From Bacteriovoracia bacterium (GTDB taxonomy: Bacteria; Bdellovibrionota; UBA1018; JBFWNL01): a stretch of DNA of 64,000 nucleotides. The DNA lies in contig JBFWNL010000009.1 in NCBI GenBank assembly GCA_050251055.1, forward strand, positions 64,001-128,000, given 5' to 3'. The notes beneath the pieces were generated by a model. The model was not told the DNA's origin and ran no database searches. It saw only the letters and a program-made list of their open reading frames with translations. Shown one piece after another: positions 10,157-20,107 of the stretch; the first letter of the stretch is position 1, and every line of letters begins with the position of its first letter. The position numbers and the translations under genes are program-made.

Positions 10157-10990
10157 TCAGCGCAAACGGCGGCGTTCCCAGAGATCCGGCCGCTTGCGTT
10201 GGGTGCGCTCCTCGCGCTGCAGCTGCCGCCAGCTTGCGATCTTGCCGTGATCGCCGCTCGTTAAAACTTCGGGCACCGAACGCGAAAGAAAATCGGCGGG
10301 CCGAGTAAACTGGGGATACTTCAATAAATCGTCTTCAAATGTTTCTTCGCTAAGTGAACGGGCGTTGCCCACCACTCCGGGCTGCACGCGCGTGACCGCA
10401 TCGGCCAAGGCCATCGCGGGAATCTCGCCCCCGGTGAGCACGAAATCACCCACCGATATTTCTTCATCCACGCACTCTTCGATGAAGCGTTCATCCAGCC
10501 CTTCGTAATGTCCGCACACCACCACCAGCCGCGGCAGGCGTGCGAGCTCTTTCACGCGGGCTTGGGTCAGCGGCTTGCCCTGCGGGCTCATGAGAATCGT
10601 GTGGCAAGGTTTGGCCGGCCGCCCGAGATTCGGGACCAGGATCTCCCCCGTGGCTTCGTTCACTTCGTCGAACGCCGGCTCGAACCGGTGCACCACCGAC
10701 TGCCAAGCCCGATGCAGGACGTCAGCGCGCAGGATCATGCCCTCGCCACCGCCGTAGGGCGTGTCGTCCACGGTGCGGTGCTTATCGAGCGAGAAGTCGC
10801 GAATTTGCACGGCTTCGAAGCTCACCAGGTTTTTTTCACGGGCTTTGCCGAGCAGGCTATGCTCGAAGAACGGCGGAAAGATCTCCGGAAAAAGCGTCAA
10901 AAAAAAGAATTGCAGGGGCGCGTCGGCGTTCGGGGAACTATTCGACGATTTCGAGGACGGTGCGTTTCTTGAGTTTGGTGGATGCGCCAT
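10157..10990 (-). CDS. trmD: tRNA (guanine37-N1)-methyltransferase
   Basis: [45 protein letters not shown]; start uncertain (ATG 10990 or CTG 10915). Confidence 0.93.
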   Translation of the reverse strand: MAHPPNSRNAPSSKSSNSSPNADAPLQFFFLTLFPEIFPPFFEHSLLGKAREKNLVSFEAVQIRDFSLDKHRTVDDTPYGGGEGMILRADVLHRAWQSVVHRFEPAFDEVNEATGEILVPNLGRPAKPCHTILMSPQGKPLTQARVKELARLPRLVVVCGHYEGLDERFIEECVDEEISVGDFVLTGGEIPAMALADAVTRVQPGVVGNARSLSEETFEDDLLKYPQFTRPADFLSRSVPEVLTSGDHGKIASWRQLQREERTQRKRPDLWERRRLR

Positions 10991-11189
10991 TGAGAATCGT
11001 TCTGACCGCCCGTGCCGTCCGTCCCTGCTTACCGATGATCTTGCCTAGATCTTCTTTGGCGACTTTTAACTCGATTACGGTTGTGTTCTCGCCGGCGATC
11101 TCGTTCACTTCCACTTGGTCGGGAACGTCCACCAGCATCTGCGCCATGTATTTAATGAGCTTGGACAGCTCGCCCAATTCTTGAGACAT
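10938..11189 (-). CDS. khpA: KH-domain RNA-binding protein
   Basis: [20 protein letters not shown]; directly downstream of rpsP. Confidence 0.9.
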   Translation of the reverse strand: MSQELGELSKLIKYMAQMLVDVPDQVEVNEIAGENTTVIELKVAKEDLGKIIGKQGRTARAVRTILNGASTKLKKRTVLEIVE

Positions 11190-11281
11190 CGCGTTGCTCC
11201 TTCAAGCTTCCACTGCTACGGCCAACTCAGCACGCTCCACGAAAGTGTGGAGGGGGCAAACTACGTTCGAGTACTCAAGAA

Positions 11282-11527
11282 TTATTTTGCAAGAGTTTTA
11301 ACTAGTTGTCCAACGGTTTCTGAAACCTGAGCGCCCTTCGCCTTCCAACGCTCAAACGCCCTCATATCGATCTTGAGCTTGGCTTCGGCCTTGTCAGCTT
11401 TCGGAAAATACTGACCGAGCTTCTCAAGATACTCGCCTTCGCGCTTCTTCATCTTGTCGATGGCGACCACGAGGTAGTTCGGCTTTTTCTTGGCGCCCTG
11501 GCGGGACAAACGGATCACAACGGACAT
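11282..11527 (-). CDS. rpsP: 30S ribosomal protein S16
   Basis: VIRLSRQGAKKKP, YLEKLG, GAQVSETV. Confidence 0.93.
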   Translation of the reverse strand: MSVVIRLSRQGAKKKPNYLVVAIDKMKKREGEYLEKLGQYFPKADKAEAKLKIDMRAFERWKAKGAQVSETVGQLVKTLAK

Positions 11528-11658
11528 GAGATACCTTTCAAAAAAATGATTGAACTCGACTACTTAGCAATCAGCCGGGAGGCCGTCAACAAAAAGGTAT
11601 CCGAGCGTTTCCCTGTGCCGCGCCCTGCCACAAAAAACACCTGGATGCCTTTATATCC

Positions 11659-12219
11659 TTATTTTGAAAGGGATTTTCGGATGGCCTCGAGGAGCAACGC
11701 TCGCTCGGGGTCAGGAGACTTCCAGCCGGGCTTCATGAGGCGCCCCCCAGCCCCCGGAGGGATCTCGTGCGTGGGATTCTCCATCCCGGTCAGGAGCAAC
11801 GCGGGGATCTTGCGCGTAACCAGCTCCTTGAGAAAATCCAGACTGGATTCCCCGGGGAGTACTTCATCCAAAAGCACCAAATCCGGCCTACGACGCTCGA
11901 GTTCCATGCGCGCCTCCCAAATATTTGCCGCCATCGACTGCACGACGACTTCGCCGCTCTCCTCCAAGACCAGCTTTAGAAACTGGCGCATGGAATCGAT
12001 GTCTTCGACGATCATCAACTTATGCTTGCGTACGGGAGACGATACCGGAATCCCGGCCGAAGACGCACTCGATATTTTTTTGACAGCCGTGGTGGACCGG
12101 CGGACGCGCTTGGATTTTGACGGGGGCCGACTCCGCGCGACCTTCTCATTTCTCATAGGCTTCGCGCCAACCTTGGCCTGCTTCTTCGCCTTGCTTCGCT
12201 TCTTTTTCGCCGCCGCCAT
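11659..12219 (-). CDS. Response regulator receiver protein with a basic N-terminal extension
   Basis: MIVED, PDLVLLD, LLT and KP motifs. Confidence 0.8.
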   Translation of the reverse strand: MAAAKKKRSKAKKQAKVGAKPMRNEKVARSRPPSKSKRVRRSTTAVKKISSASSAGIPVSSPVRKHKLMIVEDIDSMRQFLKLVLEESGEVVVQSMAANIWEARMELERRRPDLVLLDEVLPGESSLDFLKELVTRKIPALLLTGMENPTHEIPPGAGGRLMKPGWKSPDPERALLLEAIRKSLSK

Positions 12220-12282
12220 CGTTCCCGCCGTGATGCCTAGAAGTTAAGTTATTCCGATATTTTACCGAACCAAAGGGTGAGT

Positions 12283-12828
12283 ATGGCTGCGCATCCGCAC
12301 TTCCTTTGGACCGATCTCTTTCGCCGGCAAAAGTCCGAGCAAAGCTCCCTCATCGAGGCGCTTAAAGACAACGTTCTCTTCAGCACCTTAAACGCCCGGG
12401 AGCTCTCTTATCTCGCGCGCATGGTTTACGAGAGAGTGTATCAGCAGGACGAGAACATCTTCCACCAAAATGATCGTGGCTTCGGAATGTACCTCATTGT
12501 GAAGGGACGCGTGGCGATCAAAACCATGCGCCATGATGGCGAAGTACTCGTTACCACGCTGGGCAAAGGCAGTTTCTTCGGTGAACTCTCGCTGGTGGAT
12601 CCAGAAAACATCCGCACCGCCACCGCCGCCGCTTCCGAGCGCACCGTGCTGGCCGGGTTCTTCAAACCCGACCTCTTGGAAATCCTGGAGCGCAAACCGG
12701 CGATGGGCGTGAAGATCCTCCACCAGCTTTCGACCGTGCTCGGTCGCCGCCTGCTCGAAACCACCGAAAAGATCACGCTGCTGACCCAGGCGCGCGGAAT
12801 CGAGAAGGTCCATGGTCAAGTCTTCTGA
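12283..12828 (+). CDS. Cyclic nucleotide-binding domain protein
   Basis: IFHQND, MYLIVKGRV, GSFFGELSL, RTATA. Confidence 0.88.
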   Translation: MAAHPHFLWTDLFRRQKSEQSSLIEALKDNVLFSTLNARELSYLARMVYERVYQQDENIFHQNDRGFGMYLIVKGRVAIKTMRHDGEVLVTTLGKGSFFGELSLVDPENIRTATAAASERTVLAGFFKPDLLEILERKPAMGVKILHQLSTVLGRRLLETTEKITLLTQARGIEKVHGQVF

Positions 12829-13900
12829 TTTCCAGCTGCGCCGAGATATCATCAAGCTGCTCTGCGTGTTCGGGGTCCTGGCCGGAATCGCCGGAATTTT
12901 CCTCGTTACGCCCGCGCTTTCCTCGCCCACGCTGATTTCCATCATTCTCACGATGCTGCTCTCGCCGCTCGTTACGTCGCTCCAACGCCGGGGATTCAGT
13001 CGCTCGCTCGCGATCGGGCTGATCTTCCTCGTCGCCACGGTGCTTTTCGGCATTGCCAGCATCAAAGCCACGCGATCCATCGGCGCCCAGTGGGAATCGT
13101 TCCAACAAAAAGCCCCGGAGTACTTCGATCTCACCGTGATCCGCCTGAAAACCTTCGAGCAGGGCTGGAAAGCGAAACTTCCGTTCCTAGAGGGTTTTCA
13201 CGCAACCGACACCCTCATTGGCTGGGGCGAAAAGAACGGGGCGTGGTTTCTAAGTCACGGAGCCGACTTTCTGAGTTGGATTTTCCTCGTACCCATCCTG
13301 ACCTTCTTCCTGTTGAAGGATGGATATGCGCTCCGCAAGTGGCTGATTGATCTTGTGCCTAATCGCTTCTTCGAGTCTTCGTTCATGATCAGCAGCCAGG
13401 TTTTCGAATGCCTTTCAGACTATATCCGCGCCAAGCTAATCGAGGCATTTCTGGTGGGCGCGATGGTGACCGTGGGACTGATGGCGGTGAAAGCTCCCTA
13501 CCCCGTCGTGTTCGGCGTGATTGCCGGTGTGACGAACATCATTCCCTATCTGGGACCGTTCCTGGGCGCAATTCCGGGGGTGCTCGTCATGACCTTCGAT
13601 GCGAGCCAGGCCGAACTGATCTGGCCGGTCGTGATGGTTTACTTGGTTGCGAACATCATCGATACGGTGCTGATATTCCCAGTAATCGTCGCGAAGCTCG
13701 TGGATCTGCACCCCTTGCTGCTTTTAGCGGCGGTGATCGTGGGTCAGCATTACTACGGACTCGTGGGCATGCTCATCAGCGTCCCGGTGGCCACCGTCTT
13801 GAAGGTAATGCTGCAGGAAATTTACTTTGTCGTCTATGAACGCTCCAAGCAGCGCGTGAACTCCCTGGCCGGGGATGCGGACGAGTCCGCCGCGGCCTAA
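12812..13900 (+). CDS. AI-2E family transporter
   Basis: Multiple TM helices; FFLLKDG, IIPYLGP, LHP, GMLISVP motifs. Confidence 0.88.
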   Translation: MVKSSDFQLRRDIIKLLCVFGVLAGIAGIFLVTPALSSPTLISIILTMLLSPLVTSLQRRGFSRSLAIGLIFLVATVLFGIASIKATRSIGAQWESFQQKAPEYFDLTVIRLKTFEQGWKAKLPFLEGFHATDTLIGWGEKNGAWFLSHGADFLSWIFLVPILTFFLLKDGYALRKWLIDLVPNRFFESSFMISSQVFECLSDYIRAKLIEAFLVGAMVTVGLMAVKAPYPVVFGVIAGVTNIIPYLGPFLGAIPGVLVMTFDASQAELIWPVVMVYLVANIIDTVLIFPVIVAKLVDLHPLLLLAAVIVGQHYYGLVGMLISVPVATVLKVMLQEIYFVVYERSKQRVNSLAGDADESAAA

Positions 13901-15057
13901 AGCTCGCTACCGATCCAGGTCTGCCAGTCGGTGAAAAAAGCCGGATTCCCCGAAACCCCGCCTACGTTCGGATGCCCGCCAAGCGGTCCCAGCGGCGTTA
14001 CGATGAGCTGGGAGGCCGGCGGATTGGCTGGATTAGTTTTCATCCGGGTGAGCAGGCACTTCGTCTGATCCGGAGTGGTCGTATTTGCGCCCAGGTTGAA
14101 AGCGCCTACACCTTGACCGGTGCCGGTGTGACAGCTAAAGCAATTCGTCCTCAGCGGCGGGAATACGTTCGCGGAGAAGCCCGCGAAATTCTTACAGCCT
14201 TGGGCCGCCTCAATCACCACGAAGGCAAAACCCACGGTATCAACGCCCGGGCCTTGGGCCTGTGCGACGTTGAGCATGAGTGTGCTCACGTTCTGGGTCG
14301 TGGGCGGCATCACCGTGGTGTCCACTGTCGTGTAGGTAGACGCGCTGAAAATTTCGAGATTATTGATGACTGGAATGAAATCAGCCACGCGTACGCCGTT
14401 CGTCGCCCCACCCGGGAAAGTGATGCGTGGGTTGCGGAAAAGATAGGCGTTAGTGGGATTGCTCGTGCCGGGCACATTCGGCCGACTCACTTCGATGGTA
14501 AAGGTGTATCCCGCTAGCTGCGGGCTGACTTCGGAAAGGTTCCAGGCCGGCAGCACCTGGAAGGTCGCGTTTAGACCCGCGGGAATCTGTTTCTGGGAAA
14601 GCCGGATACGGGAACTCGGCGCCGGGGCACCCCCGTCGCAAGCTCCCTGAACCACGCATTCTCCGTCTTCCCACCAGTGAGTAACCGCGTCCTGCATTTG
14701 CTGGCGACGCGCGGGGGTACCACAAAGCTCTACGCTGCCACAGTGATTATCCCCGGATTTTACGACGATCTTGGAACCCGGGATGTTCCCGAAGTTAACG
14801 ATGCTGCTCGAGAGCACGACGCTGTAAGCCTGTTCCGCGCTCGCCACCGCGAACTGAGGTGACTGGATGGTACCGTGGCACTGGGAACAGTTGGCGGTGA
14901 TGATGGGGAATACGGATGTCTTGAAAGCTCCGAGACTGTCGCCACTGCGGGAGACTCGGCTGGCCAGCACGGCGTCCTTCTGCTTGAAGAGCGAACAACC
15001 GGAGGCAGCGAAACCCACCGTTAGCATCAACAGGCTAATTAATCCCTGAATACGCAT
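13897..15057 (-). CDS. Di-heme c-type cytochrome lipoprotein
   Basis: Lipobox ASGC; two CxxCH motifs (CSQCH, CFSCH), each preceded by a V/FxxxVFP segment. Confidence 0.75.
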   Translation of the reverse strand: MRIQGLISLLMLTVGFAASGCSLFKQKDAVLASRVSRSGDSLGAFKTSVFPIITANCSQCHGTIQSPQFAVASAEQAYSVVLSSSIVNFGNIPGSKIVVKSGDNHCGSVELCGTPARRQQMQDAVTHWWEDGECVVQGACDGGAPAPSSRIRLSQKQIPAGLNATFQVLPAWNLSEVSPQLAGYTFTIEVSRPNVPGTSNPTNAYLFRNPRITFPGGATNGVRVADFIPVINNLEIFSASTYTTVDTTVMPPTTQNVSTLMLNVAQAQGPGVDTVGFAFVVIEAAQGCKNFAGFSANVFPPLRTNCFSCHTGTGQGVGAFNLGANTTTPDQTKCLLTRMKTNPANPPASQLIVTPLGPLGGHPNVGGVSGNPAFFTDWQTWIGSEL

Positions 15058-15116
15058 CCGCTCTACTATCCCCTTCCCCTGCCGAACTACCGTCCTAAAT
15101 GATACCCGATCCGCGG

Positions 15117-16583
15117 CTATCCGCGCGCGAAAACCACGCCTTTACCCAAGTCAGTGCCGTTGAGAATCGGCGTGCGGCCCGCCGGCAATTTGGCGACGTA
15201 CTCGTCCGGAGCCCGGCGATTGAACGACAACCAATTGGCGACTAGGAGCTCGCAAGCCCCGCCCGGGTTACCCGAAAAGGTGGCGTAGTTGTTGAGCACG
15301 CCGCCATTGTCGGCGTTGAGCACGCCGACTTGCGGCTTGGAAACGACCGGACGATTGACCGGATCGTAGGCGAAAAGCGAAACCGCGCCAGCCTCCCCGC
15401 GGTCGGAAGCCCAGCCGAAGAAGCTCACGCCGCCTGAGTTGGGCTGACTGCCCGCATCTACGGTACCGTTCGAGGAGACCGAACCATCGGAGATCAAGCC
15501 GATCATCAGCGGCTTGCCCGCGCGAGCTGCCGCCTCCAGCGCCTTGCGGATCACGAGCGCCGTCTTGCGGTTGCGTGTCGTACCGGCGTTGCGGTTGTTG
15601 TTGTGATAATCGAAGCCGCCCAATTCGGCGGTCGCAAATCCAGCATAGCCACTGAGCAGGAGGTGCACGAGCGTAGCGACCCGCGCTTCTTCGTTATCGC
15701 CCAGGTTGAAAGCGCCGGCCGTGACGGCGCCGTCGACGATCGAATTACCCGTCGGGTTCGGCGAGGCCGCACCACCGCCTAGCTCCGCGCCGCCTTTGTA
15801 TCCGCAGTACACCAGATCCTGCACTTGCTTAGGCAAAGACTGGGCGCTGTAGTTGCGCACTTGGCTGTCGGTCATGCTGGCGATACCGCGCAACACCCGG
15901 CTCACGAGGTTGTTATCGTTATTCAGCCGCGTACGCAGCTGTCCCAAACTGATGAGCGCTCCTGCGTCGTTCGGTGAACTCACACGCACAGAGGTAAAGG
16001 CCGCATCGGCAAATAAACTGACGGAGTTACCACCGGACGGGCTACCTTGGGTACCCACGACCTTGGCAATGATGCCGTTGGCCCCGCAACGACCCATGGT
16101 CGTGCCGGGATTAAAGGGATTGTTGCTTTGATCGTCCCCGCTTTGCACGGCGATGATGGTGCTATTCACCTTGGCCTTCACGTTAGCCGGCATCGCGGCG
16201 AACTCCTGCGAAAAAGGCAGGCCTTGAATATAACGAATCCCGATACTGTTATCGAGCAATCCGGTAGGGTCGCCATTCGTACCAAGGCTTCCGTACCCGC
16301 CCGCGTTGAGGGGTTGATCGCCCGAAGTAAGCGCAACGGTTTCGTGGATCATGGCCATGCCGCCGGAGCAATCGATCAAGAGAAAGGGGACGTTTGGCGA
16401 AGCCGCCAAGGGAGGGCACGCGACGTCCGCGCGGGCGCGGGCGGCGAGGGCCATGCCCAACACCGACGGAGCCATCGCCATGCCGACGCCGCTGATGAGG
16501 CCGTGACCCAAGAAGTCGCGGCGGGTAACCAGCTTAGGATGGCCTTCCGGCAATACGATCTTTTTTCCTTTATTATCTTCCAT
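15117..16583 (-). CDS. Tat-exported DUF1501/DUF1552-like protein
   Basis: TRRDFL twin-arginine motif; GGFDYH motif. Confidence 0.65.
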   Translation of the reverse strand: MEDNKGKKIVLPEGHPKLVTRRDFLGHGLISGVGMAMAPSVLGMALAARARADVACPPLAASPNVPFLLIDCSGGMAMIHETVALTSGDQPLNAGGYGSLGTNGDPTGLLDNSIGIRYIQGLPFSQEFAAMPANVKAKVNSTIIAVQSGDDQSNNPFNPGTTMGRCGANGIIAKVVGTQGSPSGGNSVSLFADAAFTSVRVSSPNDAGALISLGQLRTRLNNDNNLVSRVLRGIASMTDSQVRNYSAQSLPKQVQDLVYCGYKGGAELGGGAASPNPTGNSIVDGAVTAGAFNLGDNEEARVATLVHLLLSGYAGFATAELGGFDYHNNNRNAGTTRNRKTALVIRKALEAAARAGKPLMIGLISDGSVSSNGTVDAGSQPNSGGVSFFGWASDRGEAGAVSLFAYDPVNRPVVSKPQVGVLNADNGGVLNNYATFSGNPGGACELLVANWLSFNRRAPDEYVAKLPAGRTPILNGTDLGKGVVFARG

Positions 16584-16622
16584 AACTCTCTCTATCCTTC
16601 CCCTAAATACGAAACGAAAAAA

Positions 16623-17216
16623 TTAGTTCAAAACCGTCGACTTCGCCGAAGCGAGCACGGCCGTGCAAAGCGCCACGTTCAAGCCCTGGCCGTTCGCTCC
16701 CCCCGCCTTCAAATCCGAGTGCAGGGAACGCAGGACTTCCACCTGCTCCGCCGCCGGCGACGGTTCGAGCAGAAATTTCTGAAGGAGCGCCGTGATCACG
16801 CCATCCCGAGCCGCGTCCGGAAAGCTGGTGTTAGTCGTGCCCGGAAAGTAATCCAGGCGATTGGCGGCGCCATTCAGGATGTCGCAGAAACGCGAAGCCA
16901 GACGCGCTTGCGCCACCGTTACCGTGGCCGAAAGCGTTCGCGGATCGTTCACGGAGGTCATCAGGTTGTTGCGCACGCTATTGTATTCGTTGTTGGCCGG
17001 GCCGGCGGTCGAAGTGTCGATGCCGGTGAGCACGCCCATGGTCTTGTAAGTCTGCACGAAATCACGGGATCCCGTACCCAAGATCAGACTATTGATATCG
17101 AATTCACTCGGCCGGGCGTAGTTGACCAGGTCTTTCTTAGGGGTCAAGGAACACGCCGTAGCCAGAAGCAGCATCGAAGCGAGGGAAACTTTTTGCATCA
17201 TATAATTCGTCTTCAT
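16623..17216 (-). CDS. Lipoprotein of unknown function
   Basis: Lipobox ATAC; in operon with short spacers; C-terminal CTAVLAS. Confidence 0.65.
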   Translation of the reverse strand: MKTNYMMQKVSLASMLLLATACSLTPKKDLVNYARPSEFDINSLILGTGSRDFVQTYKTMGVLTGIDTSTAGPANNEYNSVRNNLMTSVNDPRTLSATVTVAQARLASRFCDILNGAANRLDYFPGTTNTSFPDAARDGVITALLQKFLLEPSPAAEQVEVLRSLHSDLKAGGANGQGLNVALCTAVLASAKSTVLN

Positions 17217-17227
17217 GGGCTACTCCT

Positions 17228-18415
17228 TTACTGCATCATGCACTGAGGAAGGATGGACGCGTCCTCAATGAGTTCCCGTAAGTTATAGTTGTCCGCTTCG
17301 AAGCTGGTCGCGAGCTGGACGATGGTTCCGGACTCATCTCCGCTTGGTTCACGCAAGCAAACCAGGCGAAACGCGCGCTTGGCCATGCATTTTGAAAAAG
17401 CTTCCGTCTTCTGGAGCGCTTCCCCCAACGCGCGCACGCCGTTGCCGCCCGAAGTAGCCGGGCCGCGCCAGCCGAGACCTACGTTGTTATTCTCATCCCA
17501 GTAGTTGAGCCAGGAGTTGTTCGATGTTTGGAACCCGGAAGGATAAACGCCGCCGTTTTGGTTCATCTTGTTCTGGACGCCGCCTTGGGTGATCTGATCC
17601 GAGAAGTTGAAGAAAGCCCAAGCGCCGGACATCGCATCCAAGCCTTTGTGACAGCCGCTGCACTGAGTTTGATAGATCGTGTGATCTCCCGTAGGATACC
17701 GGCTCACGTCGCGCCGCACGCGATCATCGCTGATGTTAGTATCAGCAACTTCGGGAATGTCCTTACAAAGGAAGTCTATGAACGCGAACCGGGTGGCGCG
17801 CCGGTTGGTGCCGGCGCTCAAGAATGCAGATCCGAAAGCGCGGGTGGTGAGCAAACCGGCCGTGTCCGTGATCTGTGGCTGCGCCGCACTTTGCGCGACC
17901 ATCTCGAGGGTTGCCGACGCGCGCAGGTCCAGTCCGCCGGCGGCCGTGGTCAAACGGCCTTCCAGCTGTTGATAGTGGTTATTGCTATTCACCGCGTAGG
18001 CCGCGACGCCGGTGAGGCCCGCTACCCCACGGTAAAGGCGGTCGACCGAGAGCGATTGGTCAAACGGGAAGTCGTCCCGGACCATGCCGACGAACGTGGC
18101 CACGAAGTCGTTCATATCCACGTAGGAGTTGATGTCTACGTTGGTCAGCGGCTTCGCCATGCGCGGAAGGTTGAGATTGTAGAAGTAAAAACTATCGTTC
18201 GCCGGCAAGGTCGCGATCTGAGCCGCGCCCTTCAGGTTGCCGACATCGATCAAGTTTTTCATCTGGATGATAGTCGATTCGCTGGGCACGACGCCCGTCA
18301 AACGACTAAAAAGAAGAATCGCTTTTTCACGAGATCCACCCTGGGCCGTCGCTGCCGAAAGAAGCACGGCGCTCCCGAGTACGATACCACCGAAAATACC
18401 ACCACTAATCTTCAC
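17228..18415 (-). CDS. Secreted PSD/DUF1588-like protein with a heme c motif
   Basis: Signal peptide; AGLLTTRAF...NRR...FLC; CSGCH; FSKCMAKR. Confidence 0.65.
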   Translation of the reverse strand: MKISGGIFGGIVLGSAVLLSAATAQGGSREKAILLFSRLTGVVPSESTIIQMKNLIDVGNLKGAAQIATLPANDSFYFYNLNLPRMAKPLTNVDINSYVDMNDFVATFVGMVRDDFPFDQSLSVDRLYRGVAGLTGVAAYAVNSNNHYQQLEGRLTTAAGGLDLRASATLEMVAQSAAQPQITDTAGLLTTRAFGSAFLSAGTNRRATRFAFIDFLCKDIPEVADTNISDDRVRRDVSRYPTGDHTIYQTQCSGCHKGLDAMSGAWAFFNFSDQITQGGVQNKMNQNGGVYPSGFQTSNNSWLNYWDENNNVGLGWRGPATSGGNGVRALGEALQKTEAFSKCMAKRAFRLVCLREPSGDESGTIVQLATSFEADNYNLRELIEDASILPQCMMQ

Positions 18416-18533
18416 TCTGCCTCCTCAGCTCTCACCGGCGTGCATTGCCGTTACCGGTTTCTCTCTAAAACCGGCGTGAGACGATCCGTTCTCTTGAGCT
18501 GACCCCTAGTACCTATTGCAGAGTCTAAACAGA

Positions 18534-18548
18534 GCAAGCGTGGTGCCA
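18534..18548 (-). promoter_or_regulatory. Sigma54 (-24/-12) promoter
   Basis: Minus strand reads TGGCAC-CACGC-TTGC, the consensus, about 120 bp upstream of the 18415 start. Confidence 0.75.
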
Positions 18549-18730
18549 AAGCGGAGTCCTTTGATTTCAACTCCTTGGCTGCCTCGCGCGCTGTCGATTT
18601 TCTAGGAAGTTGTTTGGGTATTAGACGACCGTCTAGAAGTTCGAAATGTGTCCCCGGAAACGCAGGTCATTTCTCTCATGTTTTCAAGGAAAAGCCGGGC
18701 AGAAGCAGGTAAACCCGCGGGGCCCAGACG

Positions 18731-20107
18731 TTACCCTACGACCGACACGTCGTTTAGGAGCGCGAACTCGGGGCCGTAGTAGCCCACGCCGTGCGGACGA
18801 TCGTTCGCCATAAAAGTAGAAAACTCCGCGCTCTTCACGCACCGATTGGAAAGCCGCACGTTCGAAAAGTTTTCGAAGATCGATCCAGCTAACGAACCGC
18901 CTTTCAGGTACGTCACCGTACCCGCCACGTTATCGAACAGGCGAGCAAGACGAATCTCGCTGCCGAACGTACCGGTGGTCGGATTGGTGAAAAGGGCCGA
19001 GAACTGGAGAATCTCGAGCACCTTGGGGGCGGCCTTCGTCAGCTCTTCGTAGGTGGACTTACCCGGTTCAATGACCACGCTCCCGCGCGTAGTCGTGGGC
19101 CGAATCTTGAGGTAATCCGAGTACTGCTTGTCGGCGATGGTCGTGATGATCCTATTTTCGCGGACCAGCTCAAGCGGACGCTGTTCTACCCCCTGGTCGG
19201 AGATCGAGGTGGATCCCGCCGCGAGCTCGAACTGCGGATCCAGCTTCAACGTGAGCAAGTCGCCCTTCGCGTCCGGAATAAGCGCGTCACCCGGCTTTTT
19301 GAAGGGCAGACCTAAATAGGAGCTCGTCGCCGAAAGATACGGGATGTAATCGTTGCAGAGCGAAAGCAACACGTCCGCGCCGACGATCACCGGATAACTG
19401 CCGGTCTCGGGCTTTGCCACCTCGATCGTGCGTTCGGCCAGCATGGCCGTTTCATCGAAGAGCTTTTCAATGGAAAGGTCGTTCAAACCCACCGACCAAA
19501 CGCGCGTGTTGAACTCGTCGGAAACCTTCTCGGCTCCGCTTCCCTTTTCAGCCGAGAACGCCGCTTCAGAATAAATGCGCGAAGAACTTTGGCGACGCAC
19601 GAGCCCGTTGCTCAGATGCAACTCGCGATCGTGCACGGAAAGGAAGAGCTCAGCGGAGTTGAAGATAGCCCGACGCTTGGCGGAGGCGAAGCGCACAACA
19701 TCACGGGTCAAGTCATTCACGACCCGATTCAGGTCTTCGGACATCCGGGGGTCCGCCGTGCGTACCTCGGGCAACTTTTGCGGGACCTCTGCGGGCAAAT
19801 CCCACGCTTCCATATCGGTTTGCTGGGCGGCCGCCACGGCTGAATCGAGCTGGGGCCCGAGCGGCAAGAGCGGAAATAGGTTTTTAGCAATCTCGCCCTG
19901 GCGTCCCGGTTTTGGGAGCTTCACGAACAAGCGCACGGAGATGCTCTGCGATTCCGTGTCACGGTCTTGATCCACCGCCACGTGCCCGTCTTTCTCGGCC
20001 AGGAAGTATCGCTCTCGGCGATGGACATTCTCCTGGGTCACGACCCAAGCCTTCAGCTCGGGACGGCGGCTCAGCTCCGATTTCAACTGCGCGAGCGTCC
20101 ACTTCAT
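18731..20107 (-). CDS. TldE/PmbA family protein
   Basis: Coupled to tldD by a 4-nt overlap; PmbA-like C-terminal domain; no HExxxH. Confidence 0.75.
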   Translation of the reverse strand: MKWTLAQLKSELSRRPELKAWVVTQENVHRRERYFLAEKDGHVAVDQDRDTESQSISVRLFVKLPKPGRQGEIAKNLFPLLPLGPQLDSAVAAAQQTDMEAWDLPAEVPQKLPEVRTADPRMSEDLNRVVNDLTRDVVRFASAKRRAIFNSAELFLSVHDRELHLSNGLVRRQSSSRIYSEAAFSAEKGSGAEKVSDEFNTRVWSVGLNDLSIEKLFDETAMLAERTIEVAKPETGSYPVIVGADVLLSLCNDYIPYLSATSSYLGLPFKKPGDALIPDAKGDLLTLKLDPQFELAAGSTSISDQGVEQRPLELVRENRIITTIADKQYSDYLKIRPTTTRGSVVIEPGKSTYEELTKAAPKVLEILQFSALFTNPTTGTFGSEIRLARLFDNVAGTVTYLKGGSLAGSIFENFSNVRLSNRCVKSAEFSTFMANDRPHGVGYYGPEFALLNDVSVVG

